Positions 19,701 to 28,614 of a stretch of DNA of 61,055 nucleotides are shown here, one piece after another. The stretch comes from a virus. Taxonomy: Duplodnaviria > Caudoviricetes. Every line of letters starts with the position of its first letter. Within the stretch, counting starts at the first letter, position 1. The stretch is taken from positions 1-61,055 of IMG/VR virus record IMGVR_UViG_3300030376_005008. One strand, given 5' to 3'. The notes under the pieces were generated by a model that worked only from the letters and a program-made list of their open reading frames with translations, was not told the DNA's origin and made no database searches. The position numbers were made by a program, and so were the translations under genes.

Positions 19701-22262
19701 GCAAGTGGGATAATGAGTAGTGGAGAAAATATTGTATCTCCTCACTCTGAGTTAGCGAAATTACTTATGGCATCGCAAAAGAGGATTGAGCCTGATTTTT
19801 CACATGAGCGCGTTCTTGAAACTCTTGGTTTTCCTGATGATGAGATTCATCGTGAGGTTGCGTCACGTGTTCTTAACCAAGCGACAAAAGCGGCGAATGA
19901 TGGTAAAATATTCTTCGCAATGAACCATGGAGATATTCTTGCCTCCGGTGCTATTCCCGGTGTGCCTCAAATACATGAAGGAGTAGAAAACCATCATGAT
20001 GAACTGCAAAGATTCTACGATGAAAATGTTCGAGGTCTAAGGAAAAAAGACCACAAAGTAGTTTTCGGCCCCATCAATGCTGCTTTATCGAATCTGAGAA
20101 TATTACATAATCCAACTTTTAATGCTGAGAAAGAAATGTATGGTGTTGAAAAAATTCCGTTTACAGACATGGCCAAATATGGCAGAAAAAAGAATCAATT
20201 TGGAGCCACTGGAAACACGTATAAACAGAGTTATTTCAATCATCTAAAGTCACGTATACATGATGTCTTTAGTGTCTCTCTCGACGAGCCTACTTTGAAT
20301 AATATTCAGAATCCTGAAATTACTCCTGACCAAATGGTTCAACAAGGTCAATTTTCTACAGGGCGAAAAATTACTCCCGCTTGGTCCACGAGTGGAGAAG
20401 GGATTCAAGATGCATATTTCGCTGGTATGTTAGATTCAGGTAGGCAATATTTGGATGGTTCAGGAGGATTTGAGTTTCACACAGGTCAACCCGTTTTTGG
20501 CACTGCAACAGCAGGGCAGTCCCGCCGTGCCGCGACGCCGTCTATGCCTTTCATGAATGAAGTGTTAGGTGAAGATTTTCACAAAGAGATTATGCAAACT
20601 GGGTATGCACACCCTGAGGAAAATATACCAGCGCTAGTTCCCAACAACATGGGTGTAACTCATAACGATAATCCTGAAAATATCGCTTTGAGTGAAGATG
20701 ACACTCTAGCAATTCTAATGAATCCTGATGTGCTTCTCAAAGCAAGTGAGGGTAAACCTCCTCCTATTTTACCTATGCATCGTATCTTCTCTATCAAAGA
20801 TTTTGACGCTCTACGTGGTTTTAGTGGTGAATGGGCCGTGTCTTCATTCCCAAACGGTCAACGTATGATTGTTCAACGTAAGAGTAGTCGTGTTTCGGCC
20901 TATGACGAAAACGGTGAATCTGTAACTCTTAGCGAAGAAGAAAGAAAATATTTCCGTAAGATTGGGGAGAATAATTTCATGGTTGACGCTCTAAGAGCGG
21001 ATAAGGAGATTCATATTATTGACATCATAGAATATGATGGCACAAATGTCGCTGACATGGATGTGCGTGAGCGTCTAAAGGTTCTTCGTGGACAATTCGA
21101 TAGTCATGAAACCGTTCTTGTTCCCGGTCCTCATAACTTCCGTTTGACTGACCATGAAGGATTAGATAATGCTGTGAAGGACATGGTGGAATCCCATCCT
21201 CAAGTCCTACTTCGTGATGCTACTTCTACATACATGCGTGGGGAGCGTCGTCATCCGAAGTGGTTTGTTCTACGTCGTGATAAGAATATCCCGTTAATTA
21301 TCCTCGATGCTCGTGGAAAGGGACCATACACATATCGTCTTGGCGCTGGCCCTCTTGATGCAGAAGGTTTTGGTAATCGCGGTGTCGAATATGAGGGAGA
21401 ATCTTACCTTGATGTTGGAACAGTGCGAAGTCCAAAGGCGTTTGAAGAAGGTGAAATCGTTAGTGTTGGTGTCTCTGGTGTTCGTTCTCACAAGCGTAGC
21501 GGCGCTACTATCTATACAGTGACACCTACTAAGATTAGAGGTGAAAGTGAAGAAGGCGCTTCTAGCCTTGAGACACTTTCTCTTCTCACAAAGTCCTATC
21601 CTGTCATTCCTGTGGAGTATTCAATGAAAATTGAAGATGAGCGCGTTATCTTATCGTTCCCTGAGTTGGATGATGTCATCTACAAGATGGAACAGCACCG
21701 TGCTGGTCGTTGGGTTCACAGTCCTGTATCCTCACTTGGAGAACTGATGAAATCAGAATATCCTACTTTGCTGGCAGAAAGTGTTCGTCCACTATGGTCT
21801 GAGGCGATTGCTTTGATGGTAAAAATGAATTTGAATACTCTTGAACATCGCACTGAACTTCCAGAAGCAGGTAAGGTTCGCACTATGACTAATCCTAAGC
21901 ATCGTGAGGCATCAGAAAAAGAATCGGGTGGTATTATTGATGCTGATGATGATGCGAATATCCTCAAACCTCAGAAAGCGGAAGTCATGGCAAAGACACT
22001 TCTTCGTATAGCAGACCTCGCAGACCGTATTGAGAAAGAGAAGATGAGTGGTCGAACGGGTGCTCAGGGCCTTGGTATCTTTGGTGACGGGGTAGAGTCC
22101 CCACGCGGCCCAACACGCCTCACATCTGAACAATCTATGCCTGATTGGGACATGTTGGAACGCCCTACAGAAGACCCTGAAGAGGAATATCCGGGCGCTG
22201 CAAAGAAGATTAAAAATGCTGAGCAGTATGACGAAATTGAAGTCGGAGACGCAGGGCCTTGA
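16734..22262 (+). CDS. 1842-aa head-module protein with a C-terminal degenerate ATP-dependent DNA ligase (adenylation + OB) fold
   Basis: WAVSSFPNGQR (motif I position), IHIIDIIEYDG...VRERLKVL (IIIa), VLLRDATSTYMRGERRHPKWFVLR (IV/V), then OB-like strands. GTG start after GGGTGA. Confidence 0.75.
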   Translation: MREDAVDIYIRSRGELLKSILDGADYDLSVGNYVTAQINLERHGYVIEKTTDDLLCDYVVRKELSDEQLAQIEALRAEEQDLPPFSEERFQISDKIREIELSAEGKKKEEGDAKESKFRFRRGAEFIVPKHGWLGRYNQHSLEDSHALWASAPFDASGTHGGELHPMHEDIHPLLRKNHGTNRPEWLETLRDFYLEKDAEGRTLAERYKGHENAEHNYHAKKEHGLVNGISKDEREHYPYLGPLNQNKTISHIHDIYENNYQNWRRANPEIVNEITNNNTDPESTLREMHFDDAAEGWMNEDKNINFSMADYAKGTEIYDLSEKDMAGYDVRGSLGHMGYLLGLEFLTPEQRHLVMRHLHEKGSDSKDAQTIDIGDGQKLSMGRIKRNMKQRFTPEFLHYGRSTHMTGPNTNAHVESVDDHTDAVQMAAGMHMIPALFSHEMEDGRSAAEHLLDGINNHLYGGDEEDEYGNRIHLTELPDMSRFDGYNKEAQKMVDGGIVDNTGDAIRHILRRENSRSEFSNHNQLLNMVGYDGNSETPHEPGAHPLFPDFEQPFLSEDTMNEVMKLATEMGALAFNNKDIRNGLAVHRLGINGPKFEDIDPDLQDAWMRGADGHAVGLSAPFARAFQEQGGRGRSPLSLLEIKHQTLPKDENGFSLIGRIASNGMFEPNPETIGLFGSYMPVLSDKHNHELNGAHGSQSMWEVASPQQEIDGNPRHLKNDTGPSRSVFSKSWYKTSAGLSDAERKEKYGQQNMSVKGPKLWDRGYFHTEPLTAVGGKGGVATQTKNNWQNAHARKTSFGHISPPHAPSKKSLLNRGDIKSGRHAVSYGNSAIFAQQQGLTGKKVDIANFSAEAREVEDKMNSIVERIESVKDGEEKQALVTELSQLEHKYDNLTTKRGKGKSPPKDSFKTVEAKRGADNKAIFDMAKILRPMMLEADPTAFDTSNPSKAMSNAAGLLQDAQRALLSLPHEAHGLTTYGYDVDEVLAKSASGIMSSGENIVSPHSELAKLLMASQKRIEPDFSHERVLETLGFPDDEIHREVASRVLNQATKAANDGKIFFAMNHGDILASGAIPGVPQIHEGVENHHDELQRFYDENVRGLRKKDHKVVFGPINAALSNLRILHNPTFNAEKEMYGVEKIPFTDMAKYGRKKNQFGATGNTYKQSYFNHLKSRIHDVFSVSLDEPTLNNIQNPEITPDQMVQQGQFSTGRKITPAWSTSGEGIQDAYFAGMLDSGRQYLDGSGGFEFHTGQPVFGTATAGQSRRAATPSMPFMNEVLGEDFHKEIMQTGYAHPEENIPALVPNNMGVTHNDNPENIALSEDDTLAILMNPDVLLKASEGKPPPILPMHRIFSIKDFDALRGFSGEWAVSSFPNGQRMIVQRKSSRVSAYDENGESVTLSEEERKYFRKIGENNFMVDALRADKEIHIIDIIEYDGTNVADMDVRERLKVLRGQFDSHETVLVPGPHNFRLTDHEGLDNAVKDMVESHPQVLLRDATSTYMRGERRHPKWFVLRRDKNIPLIILDARGKGPYTYRLGAGPLDAEGFGNRGVEYEGESYLDVGTVRSPKAFEEGEIVSVGVSGVRSHKRSGATIYTVTPTKIRGESEEGASSLETLSLLTKSYPVIPVEYSMKIEDERVILSFPELDDVIYKMEQHRAGRWVHSPVSSLGELMKSEYPTLLAESVRPLWSEAIALMVKMNLNTLEHRTELPEAGKVRTMTNPKHREASEKESGGIIDADDDANILKPQKAEVMAKTLLRIADLADRIEKEKMSGRTGAQGLGIFGDGVESPRGPTRLTSEQSMPDWDMLERPTEDPEEEYPGAAKKIKNAEQYDEIEVGDAGP

Positions 22263-22267
22263 TGCCG

Positions 22268-22286
22268 TTTTATTAATATATATGAA
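22268..22286 (+). promoter_or_regulatory. Putative archaeal TATA-like promoter upstream of the protease-capsid genes
   Basis: AT-only stretch TTTTATTAATATATATG in a short intergenic gap before the protease gene. Confidence 0.45.
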
Positions 22287-22292
22287 CAACGA

Positions 22293-23654
22293 GTGGTGAG
22301 ATGTGTGCTTCGACAACCGGAACGACTCAGTGGTCTTTCACTCCTCAAGGGGAGTTCAGACCTCGTGGTCGCAGGCTATGCCTCCGTTGAACTGGTCGAT
22401 AAGCAGGGAGATTTGATAACGCGCTCGGCTTTGAAGGATGCCTTCAAGAAGTTTATGACGGAACCGAAATATCGCAATGTTCAACTCGCACACTCAAATA
22501 TTCAAGTTGGAGAAGTAATACCAAATTATACAGACACAGAAGGGAGGATGTGGAAAAGCGAAGTTGATGACGCCGGAATGTTCGTCGTAGTCCAACTGAG
22601 AAATGACATTGAAAAGGCACGAGAAGTCGCAGCCGAAGTCAGAAAAGGAAATCTCACAGGATTCAGTATTGGAGGACAAGCATTCAAACGCGTAAACAAG
22701 AGCGATAATACTCACGGCTCATACCAAGAAATCAGCAAACTGGAACTACACGAAATCACAATCTGCGAAAAAGGAATAAACCCGGAAGCAACATTCAAGA
22801 TATTGAAAGAAGATAAAACAAAAACGGAGATGAAAAAAATGACCGATGATGTAATGGAACAAATGAACAGCGTTCTCGAACGCCTAGAAGGACGATTGGA
22901 CTCGATGGAGAAGGGTGAGTTGCCACCGGCACTCGCTGCTCATCAGAAGGAGTCCAAGGGCGAGTCGAAAGATGAGTCCACGGACGAGAAGGAAGAGAAG
23001 GAAGAGAAGGAAGACAAGGACGACAAGGAAAAGTCCGAGTTCTCTGATGTAATAACTGCTGAATACCTCAACTGGATGGAAGACACACTCAAGTCCGCTG
23101 GAGTAGACACTATGGGCGCTCGTGCGCACTTTGACGGTGTCGCTAAGGCTAACCTTGGCTCTACTCCTGAATCCGTTGACTTAGAATACGGTCAGACAAA
23201 GAACCGTGAGCAGGAAAATGGTTCACCTTCTACTAACGCTATATCCCGCGCAGGTCTTTCCGGTGGGAGCAAGAGGGTCCAAAAGGGAGAATTCCTAACC
23301 TCTGTTGACGCAGCATCTGCTGAACACGCATACGAGGTCTTCAAGGCCGCAAAGCAGGAAGAAGAACTTCGCAAGGCTCTTCATGGTAACTTCGAGGCTC
23401 GATACACCCATGAGCGCACTGCTGAAATCACTAAGGCTCAGGCTCAGAATTTCGACGCCCGTGCTCCTCTCAGTGAGGTCATGAAGGCTCTTGACGCTCT
23501 TAATGAGCGCATTGACAACATCGGTTCATCGGTTGAATCCTCAACCATTGCAAAGGCAGACAATCCCTCCATCGAGGTTCCTTCAACGGCTGACCTCGCT
23601 AACATGACTTGGGAAGAAGTTCACCGCCTCGCAGGAGGATTGTTCACTGAGTGA
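22293..23654 (+). CDS. Prohead (maturation) protease, HK97 family, fused to a scaffold domain
   Basis: VVAGYASVELVDKQGDLI, QLAHSN (His), GFSIGG (Ser), ELHEITICEKGINPEA. Acidic coiled-coil C-terminal half. The true start may be slightly downstream (GTG ~22305). Confidence 0.9.
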   Translation: MVRCVLRQPERLSGLSLLKGSSDLVVAGYASVELVDKQGDLITRSALKDAFKKFMTEPKYRNVQLAHSNIQVGEVIPNYTDTEGRMWKSEVDDAGMFVVVQLRNDIEKAREVAAEVRKGNLTGFSIGGQAFKRVNKSDNTHGSYQEISKLELHEITICEKGINPEATFKILKEDKTKTEMKKMTDDVMEQMNSVLERLEGRLDSMEKGELPPALAAHQKESKGESKDESTDEKEEKEEKEDKDDKEKSEFSDVITAEYLNWMEDTLKSAGVDTMGARAHFDGVAKANLGSTPESVDLEYGQTKNREQENGSPSTNAISRAGLSGGSKRVQKGEFLTSVDAASAEHAYEVFKAAKQEEELRKALHGNFEARYTHERTAEITKAQAQNFDARAPLSEVMKALDALNERIDNIGSSVESSTIAKADNPSIEVPSTADLANMTWEEVHRLAGGLFTE

Positions 23655-23689
23655 ACAGGAATTGAATTAAAAAAAGGAGATGATGAAAA

Positions 23690-24865
23690 ATGGCACGAAA
23701 CTACGTTAGAACAGTTACAGACATGGAGCGCTACTACTATGGCGCTGGGAATGCAATGGGATACACCTACAGTGGTAGTGAACTACTGAAGGCTGACTCA
23801 CCAATGCTTTCCTCAACTGCTGGAACCTACCAAGCAATCTACGGTCGCAAGGTATGGAGCCAGTTGAACCAAGAATTCAACGCTTTCTCAATCCTACCAA
23901 AGCGTCCATGGGACCGCAGCGGATGGAGAGTAATCACTGCAAAGCCTAATGCTGGCGTTGTCCACGGTGGTCTACCTGAGAACGGTGCTCTACCAGACAC
24001 CGTGAAGCCTACCTTCCAGCACGTTGCTGCAAAGCCTAAGACAATTGCTCACTCATTCGATGTGAGTGAAGTCGCTGTGTTCCTTGCAGACAAGGATGAT
24101 GGATTGGGCGACATGCGCGCAGTCCTCAAGGAAGAAATGGGTAAACACCATGCTGAGATGGTCAACAAGATGCTCCTAACGGACTCTGAGACAGTCGCAG
24201 GAAACAACTTCGAGTCCCTTGACCGAATCACTGGAAACGACGGTGGTTCCTCTGGTGGACTAACATCCATGGAAACTGGTGCAAGCAGTGGAACTGACCA
24301 CTGTGGTGCAGCAGACCTAGATATCTACAGTATTGACCGCAGTGCTAACACATGGTCTAACGCAGTAGTAAACTGTGGGTCTGACCGTGCATCGGGTAAC
24401 CGACGAACCTTCTCCCTCGACCAGTTGGATGATGTCTTCCAGCGCATGTGGGAACTTGGTGGAAACCCTAAGGTTATGCTCACTGGCTATGATACTCTAA
24501 TGCGCCTACAGCAGTTGCTACAGGCACAGCAGCGATTCATGGAAGAGAAGCGCGTTACACCAACCTACAACGGTGTAAAGGGTGTTCCCGGTATCGAAGC
24601 CGGATTCATCGTCGCTACCTACAACGGTGTTCCAATCATTCCATCGAAGGACGTTGAGAAGGACGGCATCAGCCGAGTTTACTTCCTCGACACGGACTAC
24701 CTATACTTCTCCACGGCAATCCCGACTCAATACTTCGAGTCCGGTATCGAGACAGGCGACCCGTTCGCTATCAACCGCCTCGGTCAGGAAGGGCTATACC
24801 GAACCATGGGTGAAGTATGGACTACCTTCTTCCGCGCACAAGGGAGTATTCGGGACTTGTCCTGA
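23690..24865 (+). CDS. Major capsid protein (HK97 fold)
   Basis: Directly follows the protease/scaffold, 391 aa, strong RBS. Segments KPKTIAHSFDVSE, FESLDRI, ATYNGVPIIPS and YFLDTDYL are typical of archaeal tailed-virus capsid proteins. Confidence 0.9.
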   Translation: MARNYVRTVTDMERYYYGAGNAMGYTYSGSELLKADSPMLSSTAGTYQAIYGRKVWSQLNQEFNAFSILPKRPWDRSGWRVITAKPNAGVVHGGLPENGALPDTVKPTFQHVAAKPKTIAHSFDVSEVAVFLADKDDGLGDMRAVLKEEMGKHHAEMVNKMLLTDSETVAGNNFESLDRITGNDGGSSGGLTSMETGASSGTDHCGAADLDIYSIDRSANTWSNAVVNCGSDRASGNRRTFSLDQLDDVFQRMWELGGNPKVMLTGYDTLMRLQQLLQAQQRFMEEKRVTPTYNGVKGVPGIEAGFIVATYNGVPIIPSKDVEKDGISRVYFLDTDYLYFSTAIPTQYFESGIETGDPFAINRLGQEGLYRTMGEVWTTFFRAQGSIRDLS

Positions 24866-24900
24866 TGGAGATAACGAGAATAATACGGAGATGATGAAAA

Positions 24901-25362
24901 ATGGCAACAGTAACCTCACACACACAATGCACAGTAACGACAGTATACTTGGATATTCCAATGGGCGGAAACAGCCCCGGTGCTCCAATAACAGTGCCTA
25001 ACGCAGATGGCACTGTAGGTGATAACACCGCATGGCTATCCGGCACAGCAGCAGCAGGGACTTACCCCGGTGCTCTCACAGGATTCCAAGCAGTGAACTC
25101 CAGCAGCAATGAACCAGTCAGTGGACTTCGACTAATCTCAGTCATGGTCACTGGTGACACAGGCACAACTCAGAAGTTCGCAGTCAATGCTTACGACTCA
25201 AGCCTAAGCCGCATCTATGCGCTTATCAACTTGACAAACAACACTGACACTGATGAATCACTAGCCGCAGCAGCGACTGTTGTGGCCCACGAAACTGGTG
25301 AACTAACCTTCACTGTCGGTGGCGCTACAGACACGACCTTGATTACACTAATCGCCGGTTGA
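24901..25362 (+). CDS. Putative capsid decoration / structural protein
   Basis: T/A/G-rich beta protein right after the capsid gene, sharing an identical 20-nt translation initiation region with it. Confidence 0.6.
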   Translation: MATVTSHTQCTVTTVYLDIPMGGNSPGAPITVPNADGTVGDNTAWLSGTAAAGTYPGALTGFQAVNSSSNEPVSGLRLISVMVTGDTGTTQKFAVNAYDSSLSRIYALINLTNNTDTDESLAAAATVVAHETGELTFTVGGATDTTLITLIAG

Positions 25363-25374
25363 AGGTGACAATAC

Positions 25375-25761
25375 ATGCCTATTGTGACTTACATTGGTCG
25401 CTCCCACACTCGTCGGGCTACAGACCCGAAGATGCCTGATTGGGAACAGAACCGACCAGTCGAAGTAACCACAGCATGGTTGGATTGGTATTCGCCACGC
25501 CTCGATGAGATTAACTTCCGCATCGAAGGCTGGACTGCTTCAGAAGCAGATGAGCGAAGTGAAGACCTTGGTGGAGACGGAATCCCTGATGAGGGCTGGT
25601 CCCGTAAGGATATTCAAGGCTGGCTCGCTACTTATGACATTAAGCCTAAGGGCTATGCAACCAAGTCCACACTACTAGAACTCGTCGCAACTGTTATGAG
25701 TCCCGACGGAGTGGCAGAGACAGAAGAACTCGTAGCAGAGTCCGCAGAAGAAGAAGAGTGA
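25375..25761 (+). CDS. Protein with a HeH/SAP-like helix-extension-helix motif
   Basis: WSRKDIQGWLATYDIKPKGYATKSTLLELV and an acidic tail. AGGTGA RBS. Confidence 0.65.
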   Translation: MPIVTYIGRSHTRRATDPKMPDWEQNRPVEVTTAWLDWYSPRLDEINFRIEGWTASEADERSEDLGGDGIPDEGWSRKDIQGWLATYDIKPKGYATKSTLLELVATVMSPDGVAETEELVAESAEEEE

Positions 25762-25766
25762 TTTGA

Positions 25767-26084
25767 ATGGCAGTAACTATTGATACCCGACCTACCTATT
25801 TTGGTGACCGAATGATTGTAACCGGCTCATATGAGGCTGGTGATTCAAGTATTGACCTAAGTGGTCTTCTTGCAAGTATTGATGCAGTTATCATTAACTC
25901 AGCATCTATTCAGACGCACAATATTTCTATTACTGACGATGGTGACAACTCAGATACTGTGGCTAATGTCGCTCACGGAGATGTCGCAATCTTTTCAGGC
26001 TCCACAATCACTGTTGGACCCGCCGAAGGAAGTGGTGGTAACACTAAGGCTGGAACTTTCCTTGCGATTGGTCGCCGCTCTTGA
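25767..26084 (+). CDS. Small structural protein (beta-rich)
   Basis: 105-aa ORF in the head-neck block. Confidence 0.65.
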   Translation: MAVTIDTRPTYFGDRMIVTGSYEAGDSSIDLSGLLASIDAVIINSASIQTHNISITDDGDNSDTVANVAHGDVAIFSGSTITVGPAEGSGGNTKAGTFLAIGRRS

Positions 26085-26098
26085 GGGCGGTGATTTAG

Positions 26099-26272
26099 AT
26101 GGCAAAGTCAGTTACAATTCTTGGCCCTTTTCCGCCAAAGAACTTTGCTGATACCACACTAAGAACAGCAATCGCTACAGACATTAGCACTGCTATTGGT
26201 AGCAACACTTGTGTGTCTTGTGACCCGCATACAGTGCTTGGAAACATCTACATTATTGTGACTACAAGTTGA
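26099..26272 (+). CDS. Small hypothetical protein, 57 aa (not in ORF track)
   Basis: MAKSVTILGPFPPKNF...GNIYIIVTTS*, with GGTGA RBS. It fills the gap exactly. Confidence 0.7.
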   Translation: MAKSVTILGPFPPKNFADTTLRTAIATDISTAIGSNTCVSCDPHTVLGNIYIIVTTS

Positions 26273-26278
26273 GAGTGA

Positions 26279-26587
26279 GTGGTATGCATGGGTTTGGAAC
26301 TTCACACAATTGAGTTTTCAGACATCGAGCGTATGCAAAAACAAGCAATCCGTTCGGATGTCAACCTTGACCTCGGTGCTATTGCTGACGAAGACCGTCC
26401 TCTACATGGCGTTGTGAGTGAACAACGCAATCGAAATACCGAGGCCGCTGACATCCTTAACATCGGTAAAGGGACACGTTGTCAACACTGCGGCATGCTC
26501 CACTTCTTGTGGCGAGAAACATGTGGTGCATGTAAGCGCCCCATGGAATACAACCTCGGTCACCGAGACGAGGAGGCAAGAGAATGA
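26279..26587 (+). CDS. Zn-ribbon protein
   Basis: CQHCG...CGACK. The true start may be ATG ~26288. Confidence 0.7.
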   Translation: MVCMGLELHTIEFSDIERMQKQAIRSDVNLDLGAIADEDRPLHGVVSEQRNRNTEAADILNIGKGTRCQHCGMLHFLWRETCGACKRPMEYNLGHRDEEARE

Positions 26588-27036
26588 GGGCTTTTGATTT
26601 AGCATGGTCTGTTCTCAAGGCTTTACCTGAACAGCAGTTGGTAACAACTGATGAGGATTATAACTATCTTCCTGAAATAGCACCGAGTATGTATCCCATA
26701 GGAACATTACACCCTGCCGCTTTAGGTGCTGCTCGTAGGCAACAAGCGAAAATGCCTGTCGGTGCTACTCAAATTCAAAGATTACAAAGACCAGATGTTG
26801 ATATTCACCCAAGAGAAGGGAAGGAGCAAGATATGAAAACTTATGGTGTTAGGGCATTTGCGCCCCATGAACCAAGTCATCCTGACTTTGAGGATGAAGA
26901 TTTAGAAGGGGATTTTATTCATTATGATAATCCTGATGATGTATTTTTCGGCCATAGGCAAAGGATTGAGCCTGATTATCCACCCCGTCATCCTATTTTC
27001 TTAGATAGTCCATTAGGACTTGAAGGAGGGAGGTAG
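26584..27036 (+). CDS. Accessory protein with an N-terminal AFDLAWSVLK tag
   Basis: MRAFDLAWSVLKA start, acidic Pro-rich body, GGAGG RBS. Confidence 0.75.
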   Translation: MRAFDLAWSVLKALPEQQLVTTDEDYNYLPEIAPSMYPIGTLHPAALGAARRQQAKMPVGATQIQRLQRPDVDIHPREGKEQDMKTYGVRAFAPHEPSHPDFEDEDLEGDFIHYDNPDDVFFGHRQRIEPDYPPRHPIFLDSPLGLEGGR

Positions 27037-28614
27037 ATGCCAGTTGTCTTTAGTCCCGGTGAGCCTGAAACGCGGCCTCTCGACCCTACTGCAATTGTCT
27101 ATACCACTGCTCAAAAAGTTGCTGACTTCCTTGCTATTGGTCCTCAAGACGCTGTGCTTGTCGCTGCTGATTCTGTTTCTGACGGCGTCTATGTTACTGG
27201 CGCAGATTACCGCACAATAGGATTTGAAGTTGGAGATACCATTTTCATTTACAGTGATGCAGACCCTCTTGGATTGGAGAAGACCATCACTGCTATTTCG
27301 AACGGTGGAGCAAGTGGTGTGAAACTCGCATTCACTGGTGGGTTCACTCACGCTGATTATCAAGCAGCAGACAATGCGTATGTCCAGAATACATCCTCAT
27401 TCTCCAATGGAGCAGTGGGACGACAGCGTGGTATGACGAAGGCAATTGTTGAGGCTCGTATCAAGGAAACTCAGGATAAGATAGATAATATCACACATAA
27501 TGCTTGGCGACCCTACCTTGTGAGTGCAGAATACATCAATTTTGACACATACAAGCCGTATCGCCGCCGATATTACACAGATTATGTCGGCACAACCCCG
27601 CTTCTTTTCCGCAATGTTCAGCAAATGTTGCGTATTGAACTATGGCAGGGTGACGACTATCGTGAGATTGCTTCAGCCGAAGCACGTATCAAAATCCCTG
27701 AAGATGTCAGGGCGATTAGTGGTTCGATAGTTGTGTCTCCGGGTAACGGAAGTGCCGCTGTTCTTACTGCCGGGTCATCTACGAGTCAATGGCGTGCTGA
27801 TTTTGATGCTGCCACTACTGCACAAAATCTCTCTGACCTCATCAACAAGGAAGACCGAGTTAGTAAAGCAGCAGTAGAGTTTGCATCTGCATTTACTCTT
27901 GAAGGCTCAACAAGCAACGTCGCTGTCCACAATGAGTTCCTTGCATCTGCGAACGCGGACTACGGAACAGGTGTTGTAAAGTTGACAAGCATGAGAGCCG
28001 TAAAAGGTGGCGAGTCATGCTCGATAGTTGTGACAGATAGTAGTGTCACACTGTCACAAACTCAGGTGAACACTGCAACTGTCAGCAATGCCACAACGAC
28101 TGTCTTAACTGTTGACTCGACATCTGGATTTGCTTCTGCTGGGGTTTTATCCGTTGGTGATACGGCTATTAGATACACAGGTAAGACAGCCACGACATTC
28201 ACTGGGTGTGCATCTGTCGTAGGCTCTTCCGTGGACGATTTGAATGGACTCACTCTCACTCAGCACTTACTCCAAGTAGACCTTCAAGGTGGAAGTAGTA
28301 GTGGGGATGTAGGACGCCTAAGAGATTGGTGGCTCGACCACGAGGAAGGTATTGTCTACTTCAACAACTCATATCCCTTCTTTGAGTGGAACGCTGTCAA
28401 GGTTGCTTACATCTATGGAGAGCGATATTTGGAAAAGGCGATAGAAGAGGCTGCGACTAAGATGGTTGCTGCTGACTTACTGATGTCTGATGACCGCAGC
28501 GTCCTCATACCTGAAGGCACACAGAATGTAGACATCGGAGCAAAGGTGCAACTTTTACGTCAAGAAGCAGAGGCCATATTGAGACGCTACACGGAGATTG
28601 TGGTGTTTGAATAA
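27037..28614 (+). CDS. Putative head-tail adaptor (neck) protein with inserted beta domains
   Basis: N-terminal YTTAQKVADFL and C-terminal VKVAYIYG...IEEAATKMVAADLL...EAEAILRRY resemble gp6/gp15-type adaptors. Position fits. Confidence 0.6.
   Translation: MPVVFSPGEPETRPLDPTAIVYTTAQKVADFLAIGPQDAVLVAADSVSDGVYVTGADYRTIGFEVGDTIFIYSDADPLGLEKTITAISNGGASGVKLAFTGGFTHADYQAADNAYVQNTSSFSNGAVGRQRGMTKAIVEARIKETQDKIDNITHNAWRPYLVSAEYINFDTYKPYRRRYYTDYVGTTPLLFRNVQQMLRIELWQGDDYREIASAEARIKIPEDVRAISGSIVVSPGNGSAAVLTAGSSTSQWRADFDAATTAQNLSDLINKEDRVSKAAVEFASAFTLEGSTSNVAVHNEFLASANADYGTGVVKLTSMRAVKGGESCSIVVTDSSVTLSQTQVNTATVSNATTTVLTVDSTSGFASAGVLSVGDTAIRYTGKTATTFTGCASVVGSSVDDLNGLTLTQHLLQVDLQGGSSSGDVGRLRDWWLDHEEGIVYFNNSYPFFEWNAVKVAYIYGERYLEKAIEEAATKMVAADLLMSDDRSVLIPEGTQNVDIGAKVQLLRQEAEAILRRYTEIVVFE

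Noticed and set aside
16734-22262. Functional replicative DNA ligase
   Set aside because: The catalytic Lys of motif I and other nucleotidyltransferase residues appear substituted, and the gene context is head assembly.
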